Shown: positions 27,488 through 37,545, counted from the first letter of the stretch. The stretch: 64,000 nucleotides of DNA from an uncultured Acidimicrobiia bacterium (GCA_965363765.1 CBDTUI010000001.1:26403-90402); one strand, 5' to 3'. Made by a program: numbers and translations. The notes: generated by a model not told the origin, from the sequence alone.

Positions 27488-29044
27488 CTAGCTCCTAAAG
27501 CTCTGGACCATTGAATTCTTGAGCTCTGACAGTTTGGGGGTGATCGACACGTGGTACGTGTGCGGATTGACGAGACGCCGCACTCCTGGGTCGAGTTGTT
27601 GGAGGTCTGCGATGCGCCGGCGACGGGCGTCCTCGATGCCGCCGAGGTCTCCCACTCGCTGGCCCTGATCGAGAACCCTGACCAGGAGCGGTTCGATGCG
27701 GCTCACTTCGGGCCCGGTGAGGGTTCGGCTGACACCCGGCTGGGTGGGATGGACCAACGTCACTGGAGCGGCGATCTTTTCACCGTTGAGCGAGACCAGG
27801 TCGGCTGTAGCGATGCCCCGCCGGTCATAGATGCGCCACAGGCTCTTGCGGCCCGGGTTCTGGATCTTGGCGGGTGAGTCGGAAATCTTGATGGCCGGCT
27901 GCCACTCACCGTCGCTGTCCTCGACGGCCACAGTTTTATAGACCCCGTCGAAGCTGGAATCCCCCTCTGAGGTGACCATCTTCGATCCAACTCCGTAGAC
28001 GAGTCGGCCCAGGACCCGGGCCGGGTCGACGTCGTATCTCGAAGCCTCTTCGAGGATCTGGTTTCGGATCTGCCAGATGGTCAGTTCGTCGAGTTGGCTC
28101 GACAAGACAATGCGGACGTTCTCGAACCCGGCCGCATTGAGCATCTGTGCCGATCGGACCGATAGATGGGCCAGGTCGCCCGAGTCGAGGCGGATGCCCT
28201 TTGGTTCGTGTCCCTTTGATCGAAGCTCCTCAAACACCTTGATGGCGTTAGGGACGCCAGAGTCAAGCGTGTCGACCGTATCAACCAGGAGCGACGTGTC
28301 GTCGGGATACAGGTCGGCGTAAGCCCGGAAGGCTTCAAGTTCCCCGCCGGCAACGGCCATGAAGACCTGGACCATCGAATGGGCGTGGGTGCCCCGCGAT
28401 TTAAACCCGAGGTCGAGGCTTAGCCCGACGTTGGAAGACGCCTCGGCTCCGCCAATCAGCGAGGCCCGCGACGCCGTGTTCGCACCCCAGGCAGGCGCCC
28501 GCCTCATACCAAATTCGAGCACTGATCCGCCGCTGGCCGCTTCCACAACCCGCGACGCCTTGCTGGCAATCAGCGAAGCAAAGTTGAGATGATTGAGAAG
28601 TGGCGTCTCCAGGATCTGAGCGATCGCCAGTGGCGCCTCGACTACGGCCAGGGGAGTATTGGGGTGAATGACCCGACCCTCCGGAATAGCCCGAAGGGAC
28701 ACGGAATTAAATGAACCGGCGTCGCCGAGCCAGTTGAGGAAGTCCGTTCGGAATTCGGGATCGCCATTTGAGGTCTGGAACGTGGCGAGCGCTTGCAACT
28801 CATCAGAGCCCACCTTGGTGTCAGTCATCCAGTCGAGCAGCGGACCTAGTCCGGCGGCGATCGCGTAACCAGCTTGGTGGGTGCCATAACTTGGGTAGGA
28901 CCGGAAGAAGTAATCGAATTGCGAACGTCGTTCGTGCAAGCCCATATGAAAATACAATTGGGCCATCGTCAGTTGGTAGTGGTCGGTGAAGAGGAATCCG
29001 TCGGCAAGCACAATTGCAATGTTACCGACGTAGGATCGCCCCAT
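27488..29044 (-). CDS. pncB: Nicotinate phosphoribosyltransferase
   Basis: N-terminal LFTDHYQLTMAQLYF motif. ~518 aa from the ATG at 29044; the track ORF extends to 29284. Confidence 0.85.
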   Translation of the reverse strand: MGRSYVGNIAIVLADGFLFTDHYQLTMAQLYFHMGLHERRSQFDYFFRSYPSYGTHQAGYAIAAGLGPLLDWMTDTKVGSDELQALATFQTSNGDPEFRTDFLNWLGDAGSFNSVSLRAIPEGRVIHPNTPLAVVEAPLAIAQILETPLLNHLNFASLIASKASRVVEAASGGSVLEFGMRRAPAWGANTASRASLIGGAEASSNVGLSLDLGFKSRGTHAHSMVQVFMAVAGGELEAFRAYADLYPDDTSLLVDTVDTLDSGVPNAIKVFEELRSKGHEPKGIRLDSGDLAHLSVRSAQMLNAAGFENVRIVLSSQLDELTIWQIRNQILEEASRYDVDPARVLGRLVYGVGSKMVTSEGDSSFDGVYKTVAVEDSDGEWQPAIKISDSPAKIQNPGRKSLWRIYDRRGIATADLVSLNGEKIAAPVTLVHPTQPGVSRTLTGPEVSRIEPLLVRVLDQGQRVGDLGGIEDARRRRIADLQQLDPGVRRLVNPHTYHVSITPKLSELKNSMVQSFRS

Positions 29045-29627
29045 GACAACGTACGGGCAGAACACGGCGCTGATCGTGGTTGATATGCAAAACGACTTCG
29101 CCGATCCGGGCGGCAGTTTGTCAGTGGCCGGCGGTGACGTACTCGTTGGCACCGTCAATGCCGAAGTGATCCGGGCCGCGTCAGCTGGCGCGTTCGTGGT
29201 GTACACCCAGGACTGGCATCCCAAATCCACCCCGCATTTCGCCAAGGATGGCGGCGTGTGGCCGGTGCATTGCGTGGCAAACACCTGGGGAGCTGCCTTT
29301 CATCCTCACCTTATCGTCGCCGGACCGACCGTCCGCAAAGGCACCAACGGCGAGGACGGATACTCGGGTTTCACCATGCGCGACCCAACCACCGAGACGA
29401 CGATCCCGACTGGGTTAGCCGAGCTCCTCAAAGCCCAAGGCGTCAAACGGGTCGTCATAGCGGGCCTCGCCCTCGACTACTGCGTCAAGGCTACGGCCCT
29501 TGATTCGGCCAACAACGGGTGGTTCACCACCGCCCCATCCTATCTAACCGCTGCCGTCAACCTTGAGCCCCAGGACGGCGAGGCAGCGGTCGAAGAGCTA
29601 CGGCAAGCAGGCATCGGGCTCGAGTAA
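29043..29627 (+). CDS. pncA: Nicotinamidase/pyrazinamidase (isochorismatase-like hydrolase)
   Basis: ALIVVDMQNDFADPGG. Catalytic Cys region (LALDYCV). Confidence 0.85.
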   Translation: MTTYGQNTALIVVDMQNDFADPGGSLSVAGGDVLVGTVNAEVIRAASAGAFVVYTQDWHPKSTPHFAKDGGVWPVHCVANTWGAAFHPHLIVAGPTVRKGTNGEDGYSGFTMRDPTTETTIPTGLAELLKAQGVKRVVIAGLALDYCVKATALDSANNGWFTTAPSYLTAAVNLEPQDGEAAVEELRQAGIGLE

Positions 29628-29905
29628 CCGTTATTCGACCACCGGTTCATGGTTCGATACTGACGGTGGACGGCCACTCTTTGAATTGCCAACGTTGGCC
29701 GATCGAACTGGCGACTGGCCGAGGTCGCGAACCGAGCGATACGACCTCCATCTGCCGAAGGGTTTGGAGCAGGTCGCAATGTCAATGTCCGAGGCGGCCG
29801 CGTCCCTCAGTTAACGCGGACGATAACGGAGAAAGTGAGCTCTTACGCTAGTTCCGAGTGCTCGGAATAGTTCTTCTCATCTCTCGACCGCTGTAGCCTC
29901 CCCCG

Positions 29906-31654
29906 CTAGCCACGGTCCTCTGCGGTGACGGCGTCGTACAGGCTCTCGACGATACCGTTGCCGCGCCGGATCGTGATCGGTACGTGAGTATCGAGCTTCT
30001 CGTTTGACTCAGCAGATTTGATCACGAAAACCGTGACCAGGGCGTCTCCCGGAATATTCAGTGCCGGGTCGAGCAAGTCGAAGCCCGGATACTGAGTGCA
30101 GTCGTATGGAGTCATCGAGGCTAAACACAATGTGCGGGCCAGGTCGTCGAGTAGCACTGGCTCCGCATTCCGCGTGAGTCCGGTTGTCACAGAGTGTCTC
30201 GGTTTGATCGCGAGAAACGGAGAATATCGACCTACGCCCCACATTGGGTGGTCCCAAATCGGTGTGGCCTCGAGGGTGCCGGGGGCCTGATACCCATTGG
30301 GCTTCCCATGATCGCTCTTGAGGACGATCACTGCTTCGTCATATACGCCCAGTGCTTTCAGTTTGTCCAGGAATTCGGCCATTTCTGCCAATGCGCACTT
30401 CGTTATAGCATCGAATCCGTCCACGTTTTGGTTTTCTGCGAACCACTCTGGTTCGTGTGCGCGGTACTCGCACGCCTCATCAAATTGCAAGGGGAAATGA
30501 GTATGCGTGAAGTGGAGAAAGTGAGCAGATGGCTGAACCCCACCGACTTCCAGGTTTCTGACGTATCGATCGAAGTCTAGGATCGATAGAGCGAGGTTAT
30601 GGCTCCACTGGGGCGACAGAGACCCGCTAAGCCGGTTTTTCAATTCGGACTCTGCCTGGTCGGCGGGATGGTCGGCGCTCACGAGGAATCCCTGCATCGC
30701 CGACTTGACCCGGCCGGTCGGCACAGACACCGGAGTGAGCGTTCTCGCAAATGAAAGGTCCAGGAGGGTCGATGCAAGTTCTTGACGCATCGTCGTTTCG
30801 GCGAGTCGGCGACCTGAGTTAAGTCCGGTACCGTAGGCATAGTACGTTGTCACCTCGTACCCGTTTGCCCCGAGGACGTTCGTTAGAAGTGTGGGGCCGC
30901 CAAGTGTCCACGCTTGTTCTTGCGTCTTGAATCGGCTTTTAGAGCTCTGGTTTCCGCTGAGCTCACCAAAGATCGATGCCAAGGTTCCGGGTGAGCTTGC
31001 AGCTGCGTTGTCGAAGTATACGAAGCCTCTCAGTTCGTTTTCTAAGTCCGGGTCGGCCGATAAAACTCGGTTTACGGAGGACCTAGATAAACCGTCGAAA
31101 CTGAGTACGAAGATGTTGCTGGTCTCCGAGGCAACTGCATGTCGGTCAGGTTGAGTCCGAGCTTGGTACTCACTAAAAACCAATAGCGAGACGTTGAGGA
31201 TCAAAAGGATTCCCAGGAAACTGTTGACGTAGTGCCCTCTTGCTGACCTCGAAAGTGCAAACAGTACGACTGCAACGATGGTGCTGGCTAGCAGAGGTCC
31301 GATGGCGACACCGAGGTTGCTGGGGTCGGTTAGGCCGTCGTTGGCTGCAACTGGGAACACGAGACTTGTTGTCAGGACGAAGAACGACAGGTAGTGAATT
31401 GTTCGATTGAAAAGTGATCCGGTACGCGAGCCTTTTGCGAGCCGCCGGATTATGAGCAGGAAGAGAAGAACATACGAGGCGAGTCCAAATAGGCCGACTA
31501 ATGACGCTGGAGGAATGGTCGAGATCGGGACATCGTTTTCGCTAGCTATGAGCGCCGGCGTAAATATGAAGACCAGGAACGGGAGCAGGAAGAACGGAAA
31601 CAACGGTTCGGCCAGTCGACCCCGAGGAGACTCGCTAACAGTTTCTTTAGCCAT
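29906..31654 (-). CDS. Sulfatase / phosphoglycerol-transferase (LTA-synthase/EptA-like, alkaline-phosphatase superfamily) membrane protein
   Basis: 4-5 N-terminal TM helices plus a periplasmic AP-superfamily domain (VLSFDGLSRS...KSDHG). The GC content here is visibly lower than in flanking DNA. Confidence 0.6.
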   Translation of the reverse strand: MAKETVSESPRGRLAEPLFPFFLLPFLVFIFTPALIASENDVPISTIPPASLVGLFGLASYVLLFLLIIRRLAKGSRTGSLFNRTIHYLSFFVLTTSLVFPVAANDGLTDPSNLGVAIGPLLASTIVAVVLFALSRSARGHYVNSFLGILLILNVSLLVFSEYQARTQPDRHAVASETSNIFVLSFDGLSRSSVNRVLSADPDLENELRGFVYFDNAAASSPGTLASIFGELSGNQSSKSRFKTQEQAWTLGGPTLLTNVLGANGYEVTTYYAYGTGLNSGRRLAETTMRQELASTLLDLSFARTLTPVSVPTGRVKSAMQGFLVSADHPADQAESELKNRLSGSLSPQWSHNLALSILDFDRYVRNLEVGGVQPSAHFLHFTHTHFPLQFDEACEYRAHEPEWFAENQNVDGFDAITKCALAEMAEFLDKLKALGVYDEAVIVLKSDHGKPNGYQAPGTLEATPIWDHPMWGVGRYSPFLAIKPRHSVTTGLTRNAEPVLLDDLARTLCLASMTPYDCTQYPGFDLLDPALNIPGDALVTVFVIKSAESNEKLDTHVPITIRRGNGIVESLYDAVTAEDRG

Positions 31655-31700
31655 GGCTATGTTCGTCCCATTCGGTAAATCGTTGCTAGAGACCCAACTC

Positions 31701-32726
31701 CTACCAGCCTGTCAAAATGACCTTGCCTGCTTCGGCAGACCGGGCAGTCTCGAAAGCGGCCTTCCATTGCTCGAACGTGAAGTGGTGGGTGATTACGGGA
31801 CTGATGTCGAGGCCCCCTTGCAGAAGAGCCGTCATCTGGTACCAGGTCTCAAACATGCGACGGCCATAGATGCCTTGCATGCTCAGACCCTTGAAGATGA
31901 CATCGTTCCAGTCTATAGGTGCTTCAGAAGGCGGGATTCCCAGCAAGGCAACCTTGCCTCCGTGGTTCATGACATGGAGCATGTCGCGAAGCGCATGCGG
32001 ATTGCCCGACATCTCCATGCCGACGTCAAACCCTTCGATCATGCCGAGTTCACGCATAACGCTTTCGAGGCTTTCTTGGTCGGCTCGGACAGCCCGTTCG
32101 ATCCCCATCGCTCTCGCCAGCTTGAGCCGATAGTCGTTGACGTCGGTGATAACCACATGGCGGACTCCGACTCGGTTGGCGATCGCGCCCGCCATGAGTC
32201 CGATCGGCCCGGCTCCGGTGATGAGGACGTCCTCGCCGACCAGTGGGAAGCTGAGGGCGGTGTGGGTGGCGTTCCCGAGGGGGTCGAGGATTGTGGCAAT
32301 GTCATCGTCGATGTCGTCGGGTATCGGGAACACGTTGATGGCCGGAATCATGACGAATTCGGCAAACGCTCCTGCCCGGTCGACTCCCACCCCCACTGTG
32401 TTCCGGCAATGATGGCGCTGCCCGGCCCGGCAGTTGCGGCAGGTCCCGCAGGTGATGTGCCCTTCGCCCGATACCCGCTGCCCGACGCTGATGCCGGTCA
32501 CTTCCGACCCGACGGCGGCAGCCGTCCCCATGTATTCGTGACCTACGACCATCCCGACGGGGATCGTTGAAGCGGCCCATTCGTCCCAGGCTTCAATATG
32601 CAGATCAGTTCCACAGATCGACGCCTGGCTGACCTCGATAAGCACGTCGTTTGGCCCGTGTTCGGGCATCGGGACGTCAGTCAACTCGAGACCCGGGCCA
32701 GCCGTGGGTTTGATGATGGCCTTCAC
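31701..32726 (-). CDS. tdh: L-threonine 3-dehydrogenase (Zn-dependent)
   Basis: Near-colinear with E. coli Tdh: [40 protein letters not shown]. Confidence 0.95.
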   Translation of the reverse strand: MKAIIKPTAGPGLELTDVPMPEHGPNDVLIEVSQASICGTDLHIEAWDEWAASTIPVGMVVGHEYMGTAAAVGSEVTGISVGQRVSGEGHITCGTCRNCRAGQRHHCRNTVGVGVDRAGAFAEFVMIPAINVFPIPDDIDDDIATILDPLGNATHTALSFPLVGEDVLITGAGPIGLMAGAIANRVGVRHVVITDVNDYRLKLARAMGIERAVRADQESLESVMRELGMIEGFDVGMEMSGNPHALRDMLHVMNHGGKVALLGIPPSEAPIDWNDVIFKGLSMQGIYGRRMFETWYQMTALLQGGLDISPVITHHFTFEQWKAAFETARSAEAGKVILTGW

Positions 32727-33910
32727 GCCACGACCCCCAACTGGCGTCCGACCTCGATGAACGCCCCTATTGACGCGTCGAGGTGATCCTTGGTGTGAGC
32801 CGCAGACATCTGCGTACGGATCCTGGCTTCGCCACGCGGAACCACCGGAAACGAAAAAGCGGTTACGTAGATGCCCTTTGCCAACATGCCGGTGGCCATC
32901 TCACCAGCCAGCTTGGCGTCACCGAGCATCACGGGAATAATCGGGTGGTCGGCTCCCGCCAACCTAAAGCCGGCATCTTCCATCGCCGACCGAAAGTACG
33001 CCCCGTTATCTGCCAATTGGTGGCGCAATGCTGCCCCGTCTTCGATGAGGTCGAGAGCTCTCAACGAGGTGGCAACGATGGTCGGGGCCAATGAGTTAGA
33101 AAAGAGATAGGGCCGCGACCGTTGCCGGAGCCAGCCGACGATCTCTTTTGGGCCGCTTGTGTAGCCACCGGAGGCGCCACCGAGGGCTTTGCCGAGGGTT
33201 CCGGTTCGGATCGTTACTCGATCTTCGACACCCCAATAGTCCGGAGTACCGCCACCGTGCTCACCAACAAACCCGACGGCATGCGAGTCATCGACGAAGA
33301 CCATGGCATCGTATTTCTCCGCAAGGTCGCAGATGCCTGGAAGGTTGGCGACAATGCCGTCCATCGAAAAGACGCCATCAGTGGCGACCAGCCGGAAGCG
33401 AGCACCCTGGGCAGCTTTGAGCTGGGCCTCAAGGTCGTTTAGATCGTTGTTGGCGTAGCGATAGCGCTTGGCTTTGCAGAGTCGCACTCCGTCGATGATC
33501 GAGGCGTGATTGAGGGCATCGGAAATGATGGCGTCCTCTTCGCTGAGCAAAGTTTCGAACAGACCGGTGTTGGCGTCAAAGCAGGACGAGTAGAGAATCG
33601 TGTCTTGCGTCTTGAGAAACGCAGAGAGTCGCGTTTCAAGGTCGGTGTGGATGGTCTGGGTCCCGCAGATGAAGCGAACCGACGCCATCCCGTAGCCGTA
33701 TGTATCGAGGGCGGCATGCGCCGATTCGATGAGGCGAGCGTCGTTGGCGAGCCCAAGGTAATTGTTGGCGCATAGGTTGATGACCTCGCTGCCGTCGTCG
33801 AGGGTCACGGTGGCGCCCTGGGGTGAGGTCATCAGTCGTTCATGTTTTTCGAGACCATCGGCACGAACCGCGGCTAGTTCGTCGGTCAGGTAATCAGTGA
33901 AACTGCTCAT
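32723..33910 (-). CDS. kbl: Glycine C-acetyltransferase (2-amino-3-ketobutyrate CoA ligase)
   Basis: PLP-dependent class II aminotransferase. N-terminal [10 protein letters not shown] motif. The stop overlaps the tdh start. Confidence 0.9.
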   Translation of the reverse strand: MSSFTDYLTDELAAVRADGLEKHERLMTSPQGATVTLDDGSEVINLCANNYLGLANDARLIESAHAALDTYGYGMASVRFICGTQTIHTDLETRLSAFLKTQDTILYSSCFDANTGLFETLLSEEDAIISDALNHASIIDGVRLCKAKRYRYANNDLNDLEAQLKAAQGARFRLVATDGVFSMDGIVANLPGICDLAEKYDAMVFVDDSHAVGFVGEHGGGTPDYWGVEDRVTIRTGTLGKALGGASGGYTSGPKEIVGWLRQRSRPYLFSNSLAPTIVATSLRALDLIEDGAALRHQLADNGAYFRSAMEDAGFRLAGADHPIIPVMLGDAKLAGEMATGMLAKGIYVTAFSFPVVPRGEARIRTQMSAAHTKDHLDASIGAFIEVGRQLGVVA

Positions 33911-33919
33911 GCCGACAGG

Positions 33920-34273
33920 CTAGGCGTCCGCGGGCGGGGTGGTCTTTGGCTCCGGTCGGAGCTGGTCAATCCGATCGTCAAGATCAAGCAGGCGTTGGGC
34001 CTCGGTGAGTTGGCGCGCTTCGAGAGCGGCGATGTCTCCCTGAGCGGTTAGCTCGCTCATGCGAAGTTCGTGCCGGTAACCGAGCAAGTAACGAGCAGCC
34101 ACGGTCCCAGCTCCGATAGCGGCGACAACGGCGGCCATATTGCTGGTCAGAATCTCAGTTAAGTCCACATTGGTGACCGCAAAGATCGGGATCATCAAGG
34201 CCATCATCGGAATGAGGTACGCCCAATTCCAGCCGCCTGATTTCGGATCTTCGTCTGCCATATCACTAAGCAT
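33920..34273 (-). CDS. Hypothetical small membrane protein
   Basis: One TM cluster (YLIPMMALMIPIFAV...AAVVAAIGAG) followed by a coiled-coil tail. Confidence 0.4.
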   Translation of the reverse strand: MLSDMADEDPKSGGWNWAYLIPMMALMIPIFAVTNVDLTEILTSNMAAVVAAIGAGTVAARYLLGYRHELRMSELTAQGDIAALEARQLTEAQRLLDLDDRIDQLRPEPKTTPPADA

Positions 34274-34289
34274 AGAAGAGCTTGTCCTA

Positions 34290-34499
34290 GGCGTGCGGAG
34301 CTAGACACAGCACAAAGCATCTGATCAGGCCCCAAACGCGAAAACTGAGGAGCAGCTCAGTTAGCTCGCGAGCGCTTGCTCGTTTACACTCGCGAACCGC
34401 GCACCCATCCGGGTGTTCTCGCACTTCACGGTGCACACATCCTGCTCCACCACCGTGGTGGGGCCGTTCGCTTAAGCGAATGTCCATAGGAGGTATAAA
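34290..34499 (+). promoter_or_regulatory. rpsF 5' leader with multiple palindromes (candidate S6:S18 autoregulatory leader)
   Basis: GCACCCatccGGGTGT at 34401-34418. CCACCACCGTGGTGG at 34447-34461. The perfect palindrome TTCGCTTAAGCGAA at 34467-34480 lies immediately before the RBS AGGAGG. Confidence 0.35.
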
Positions 34500-34790
34500 T
34501 TGCATAACTATGAAGTCATGACGATTCATCGTCCTGACCTCCAAGAGCCAGACGCCCAGGGCAAGGTCAAAGAGATCGCGGCCCTGTTGGAAGCTCGAGG
34601 CGCTGAGGTATCCGAACAGGACTTCTGGGGCAAACGTCGCTTTGCCTACGAGATCAACCACATGAACGAGGGCTACTACTCGCTTGTGACGTTCAAAACC
34701 GACAACCCGGTGGCGATCGATGAACTCGACCGGGCCCTTCGTCTATCTGACGCAGTCATCCGACACAAGGTCATGCGACTAGAAGACTGA
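34500..34790 (+). CDS. rpsF: 30S ribosomal protein S6
   Basis: MHNYEVMTIHRPD...GKRRFAYEI. TTG start 6 nt after AGGAGG. Confidence 0.92.
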   Translation: MHNYEVMTIHRPDLQEPDAQGKVKEIAALLEARGAEVSEQDFWGKRRFAYEINHMNEGYYSLVTFKTDNPVAIDELDRALRLSDAVIRHKVMRLED

Positions 34791-34869
34791 CCTTTTTGTC
34801 ACATCCAGCCCAGATACTGTGTCTGTCGGCGAGAGATGTGACGAAAGAGACGACCCAGGAGAGGGATCA

Positions 34870-35334
34870 ATGACGAACACCGTAACACTCATCGGAAACC
34901 TGGTTGAAGACCCAGAACTGCGCTTCACCCAATCGGGTATTGCCATGGCCAAGATTCGCGTAGCGGTCAACCGCCGCTGGCGTGATCAGCAAAACGAATG
35001 GCAGGAAGAGACGTCGTACTTCGGCGGAACCTTGTGGCGCGAAGCCGCCGAACACGCATCGGAATCCCTGACCAAGGGAACTCGTATCATCGTGACTGGC
35101 AGCCTCGAGCAGCGCAGCTGGGAAACCCCCGAGGGCGACAAGCGGTCCGTGGTTGAACTCCGGATTGACGAAATCGGGCCCAGCCTTCGTTGGGCTTCCG
35201 CTTCGGTCACCAAGGCAGCCCGTACGGGCGGCGGTGACTTCGGTGGCGGATCATCCGATGCAGGGGGCCTGCCGGCCGCTCCGGTTGCTCCGGTTGCTCG
35301 GGAAGATTTCGGACCAGACGAAGCGCCGTTTTAG
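34870..35334 (+). CDS. ssb: Single-stranded DNA-binding protein
   Basis: OB-fold VTLIGNLVEDPELRFTQSG. Gly-rich linker. Acidic tail DFGPDEAPF. The ATG is preceded by GGAGAGGG. Confidence 0.92.
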   Translation: MTNTVTLIGNLVEDPELRFTQSGIAMAKIRVAVNRRWRDQQNEWQEETSYFGGTLWREAAEHASESLTKGTRIIVTGSLEQRSWETPEGDKRSVVELRIDEIGPSLRWASASVTKAARTGGGDFGGGSSDAGGLPAAPVAPVAREDFGPDEAPF

Positions 35335-35357
35335 CACTACAGCTTTAGGAGAAACAA

Positions 35358-35612
35358 ATGGCTCAGCAGCCACGTAAGAAGCGCCGGAACGACTCCGGCC
35401 GCAAGATGAAGAAAAAGGTCTGTGCGTTTTGCACTGACAAACGGGCCACCATTGACTACAAAGAGGTCTCGGTGCTGCGTCGATATGTGTCCGACCGTTC
35501 CAAGATCCGCGCTCGTCGTGTGACTGGGAACTGTGCCCGTCACCAGCGCGAAGTGGCCCTTGCCATCAGGAACGCTCGTGAAATGGCCCTTCTGCCCTAC
35601 ATCAACCGCTAA
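35358..35612 (+). CDS. rpsR: 30S ribosomal protein S18
   Basis: [20 protein letters not shown]... Confidence 0.93.
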   Translation: MAQQPRKKRRNDSGRKMKKKVCAFCTDKRATIDYKEVSVLRRYVSDRSKIRARRVTGNCARHQREVALAIRNAREMALLPYINR

Positions 35613-36058
35613 TGAAACTCATATTGACAGCGGAAGTAGAGGGGCTCGGAGTTGAAGGAGATATCGTCGACGTTGCCGACGGATACGCGCGTAACTACCT
35701 GTTGCCGCGCCACGTAGCCATCAAAGCGTCCGGGGGCGCCCTCAAGCACGCCACCGCGCTGAAGGAAGCACGTGACGAATCGTCACGCAAGGCCCATCAG
35801 GAAGCCGAAGCGATTGCTTCGTCACTGGTCGGCACTCGGATCGTCATCGGAGCCCAAGCAGGCGACGAAGGCAAACTGTTCGGGTCCATCGGTGTGAGCG
35901 ACATCGTCGAAGGCGTGCAGAAGTTCGCCGGCGTAGCGCTCGACCGTCACGCGGTGAATCTCGACAAGCCGATCAAGAGCATCGGCCTCCATGAAGTGCC
36001 AATCAAACTGCATAAGGATGTGCAGTTTGTGTTGACCCTCGACGTTATCCCGGCCTAG
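35612..36058 (+). CDS. rplI: 50S ribosomal protein L9
   Basis: [33 protein letters not shown]. Confidence 0.93.
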   Translation: MKLILTAEVEGLGVEGDIVDVADGYARNYLLPRHVAIKASGGALKHATALKEARDESSRKAHQEAEAIASSLVGTRIVIGAQAGDEGKLFGSIGVSDIVEGVQKFAGVALDRHAVNLDKPIKSIGLHEVPIKLHKDVQFVLTLDVIPA

Positions 36059-36065
36059 CCCGGTT

Positions 36066-37481
36066 ATGGCAGACGGCGGCGCGCACGAGCCACCTGACGA
36101 CTCGTACGCGCCGCCGGCGCCTGATTTCCAGCCCCGTTCCAGTTCACGACCCGGCGGGGTTCGCGTCCCTCCTCACAATGCCGAGGCCGAAGAGTCAGTC
36201 CTCGGAGCGATGTTGTTGTCGTCCGACGCAGCCAACACTGTCATCGATCGCCTCTCGGCTTACGACTTCTACGTGCCGGCCTACCAGGCCATTTACGAAG
36301 CGATGGTCGAGCTCTACAACACGAGCCAGCCGATCGACGCAGTCACGGTCACCGATCAGCTTCGCCGCAAGGACGAACTCGACAAGATCGGCGGACCGGC
36401 TTTCATCGCTCGCCTCCAGAATGCCGTTCCCGTCGCCTCACGAGTTGAATACTACGCCGACATCGTGGAGGACAGCGCCCTCCGCAGGAGCCTGATCCGA
36501 GCCGGTGGCGAGATCACAAACCTCGCCCACCAAACTGACGAAGAGCTCGACTATGTAATCGACAATGCCGAACAGACAGTGCTGGGCGTAGCCGAGCGAC
36601 GGGTCGGTGACGGCTTGTTAGAGCTGTCGACGATGCTCAAACCAGCTCTTGAGTCGATTGAGGCGCTCGAAGCGAATGCCGGACAGATCACCGGGTTGTC
36701 GACCGGGTTCCGTGATCTCGACACGATGCTGGCTGGCTTTCAACCTTCCAACCTCATCGTGATAGCTGCCCGTCCTGCCATGGGCAAAAGCGCCATCGCC
36801 TTGAACATCGCCACCAACGTTGCGGTGAATGGCGGCGTCGTGGCCATGTTCTCATTGGAGATGGGAAAGGATGAGATCATCCAGCGGATTCTGTGTTCCA
36901 TGGGCCGAGTTGACTCGATGAAGCTGCGGGCCGGCCAGCTATCGGTAGAGATGTGGCAGAAGGTCACCAATGCCGCCAGCCGTCTGTATCCCGCTCCCAT
37001 CTTTGTGGACGACAGTTCTTATACGACCGTCACCGATGTTCGCGCCAAATGTCGACGACTCAAACGTCAGAAGGGCCGGCTCGACCTTGTCGTGCTCGAC
37101 TATTTGCAGCTCATGCAGGGCCGCAACCGTGAGAACCGGCAGCAAGAAATTGCCGAGATCAGCCGAAACCTCAAGAACTTGGCCCGAGAACTGGAATGTC
37201 CGGTGGTGGCCGTTTCTCAGCTCAACCGTGGCCTTGAGGCTCGAGAGGACAAACGGCCCCGACTAGGCGACCTTCGTGAATCTGGCGCCATCGAGCAGGA
37301 CGCCGACATCGTCATGTTCATCTACCGCGACGAGTACTACAACCCCGACGCCGTCGAAAGCAAAGGCCTCGCCGAAGTGATCGTGGCCAAACACCGTGCC
37401 GGTGCAACCGGGCGGGTGGAAATGAACTTTCTTCCCGAATACACGTTGTTCGCCGATCTCACCCGACACCCGCCGCCCTAA
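36066..37481 (+). CDS. dnaB: Replicative DNA helicase (no intein)
   Basis: N-terminal EESVLGAMLL. Walker A GKSAIALN. 471 aa. Confidence 0.92.
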   Translation: MADGGAHEPPDDSYAPPAPDFQPRSSSRPGGVRVPPHNAEAEESVLGAMLLSSDAANTVIDRLSAYDFYVPAYQAIYEAMVELYNTSQPIDAVTVTDQLRRKDELDKIGGPAFIARLQNAVPVASRVEYYADIVEDSALRRSLIRAGGEITNLAHQTDEELDYVIDNAEQTVLGVAERRVGDGLLELSTMLKPALESIEALEANAGQITGLSTGFRDLDTMLAGFQPSNLIVIAARPAMGKSAIALNIATNVAVNGGVVAMFSLEMGKDEIIQRILCSMGRVDSMKLRAGQLSVEMWQKVTNAASRLYPAPIFVDDSSYTTVTDVRAKCRRLKRQKGRLDLVVLDYLQLMQGRNRENRQQEIAEISRNLKNLARELECPVVAVSQLNRGLEAREDKRPRLGDLRESGAIEQDADIVMFIYRDEYYNPDAVESKGLAEVIVAKHRAGATGRVEMNFLPEYTLFADLTRHPPP

Positions 37482-37496
37482 GCCACACCTGTTCAG

Positions 37497-37545
37497 GCGA
37501 CACGCTTCCTAAGCGACACGCTTCCTAAGCGACCGCTACAGCGAC
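37497..37545. repeat. Short tandem repeat (GCGACACGCTTCCTAA x2, plus degenerate partial copies)
   Basis: Exact 16-bp tandem duplication at 37497-37528, followed by GCGACCGCTACAGCGACACTGC. Confidence 0.8.

Noticed and set aside
29563-29851. Small ORFs 29563..29814 plus and 29666..29851 plus in the pncA-downstream spacer
   Set aside because: No RBS, no recognisable domain and odd composition. The spacer more likely holds the terminator hairpin TTCCGAGTGCTCGGAA (29851-29866).
31407-32570. ORF 31407..32570 plus strand (387 aa)
   Set aside because: Antisense to tdh and to the sulfatase-like gene. tdh is near-identical in architecture to E. coli Tdh, so the sense assignment is secure.
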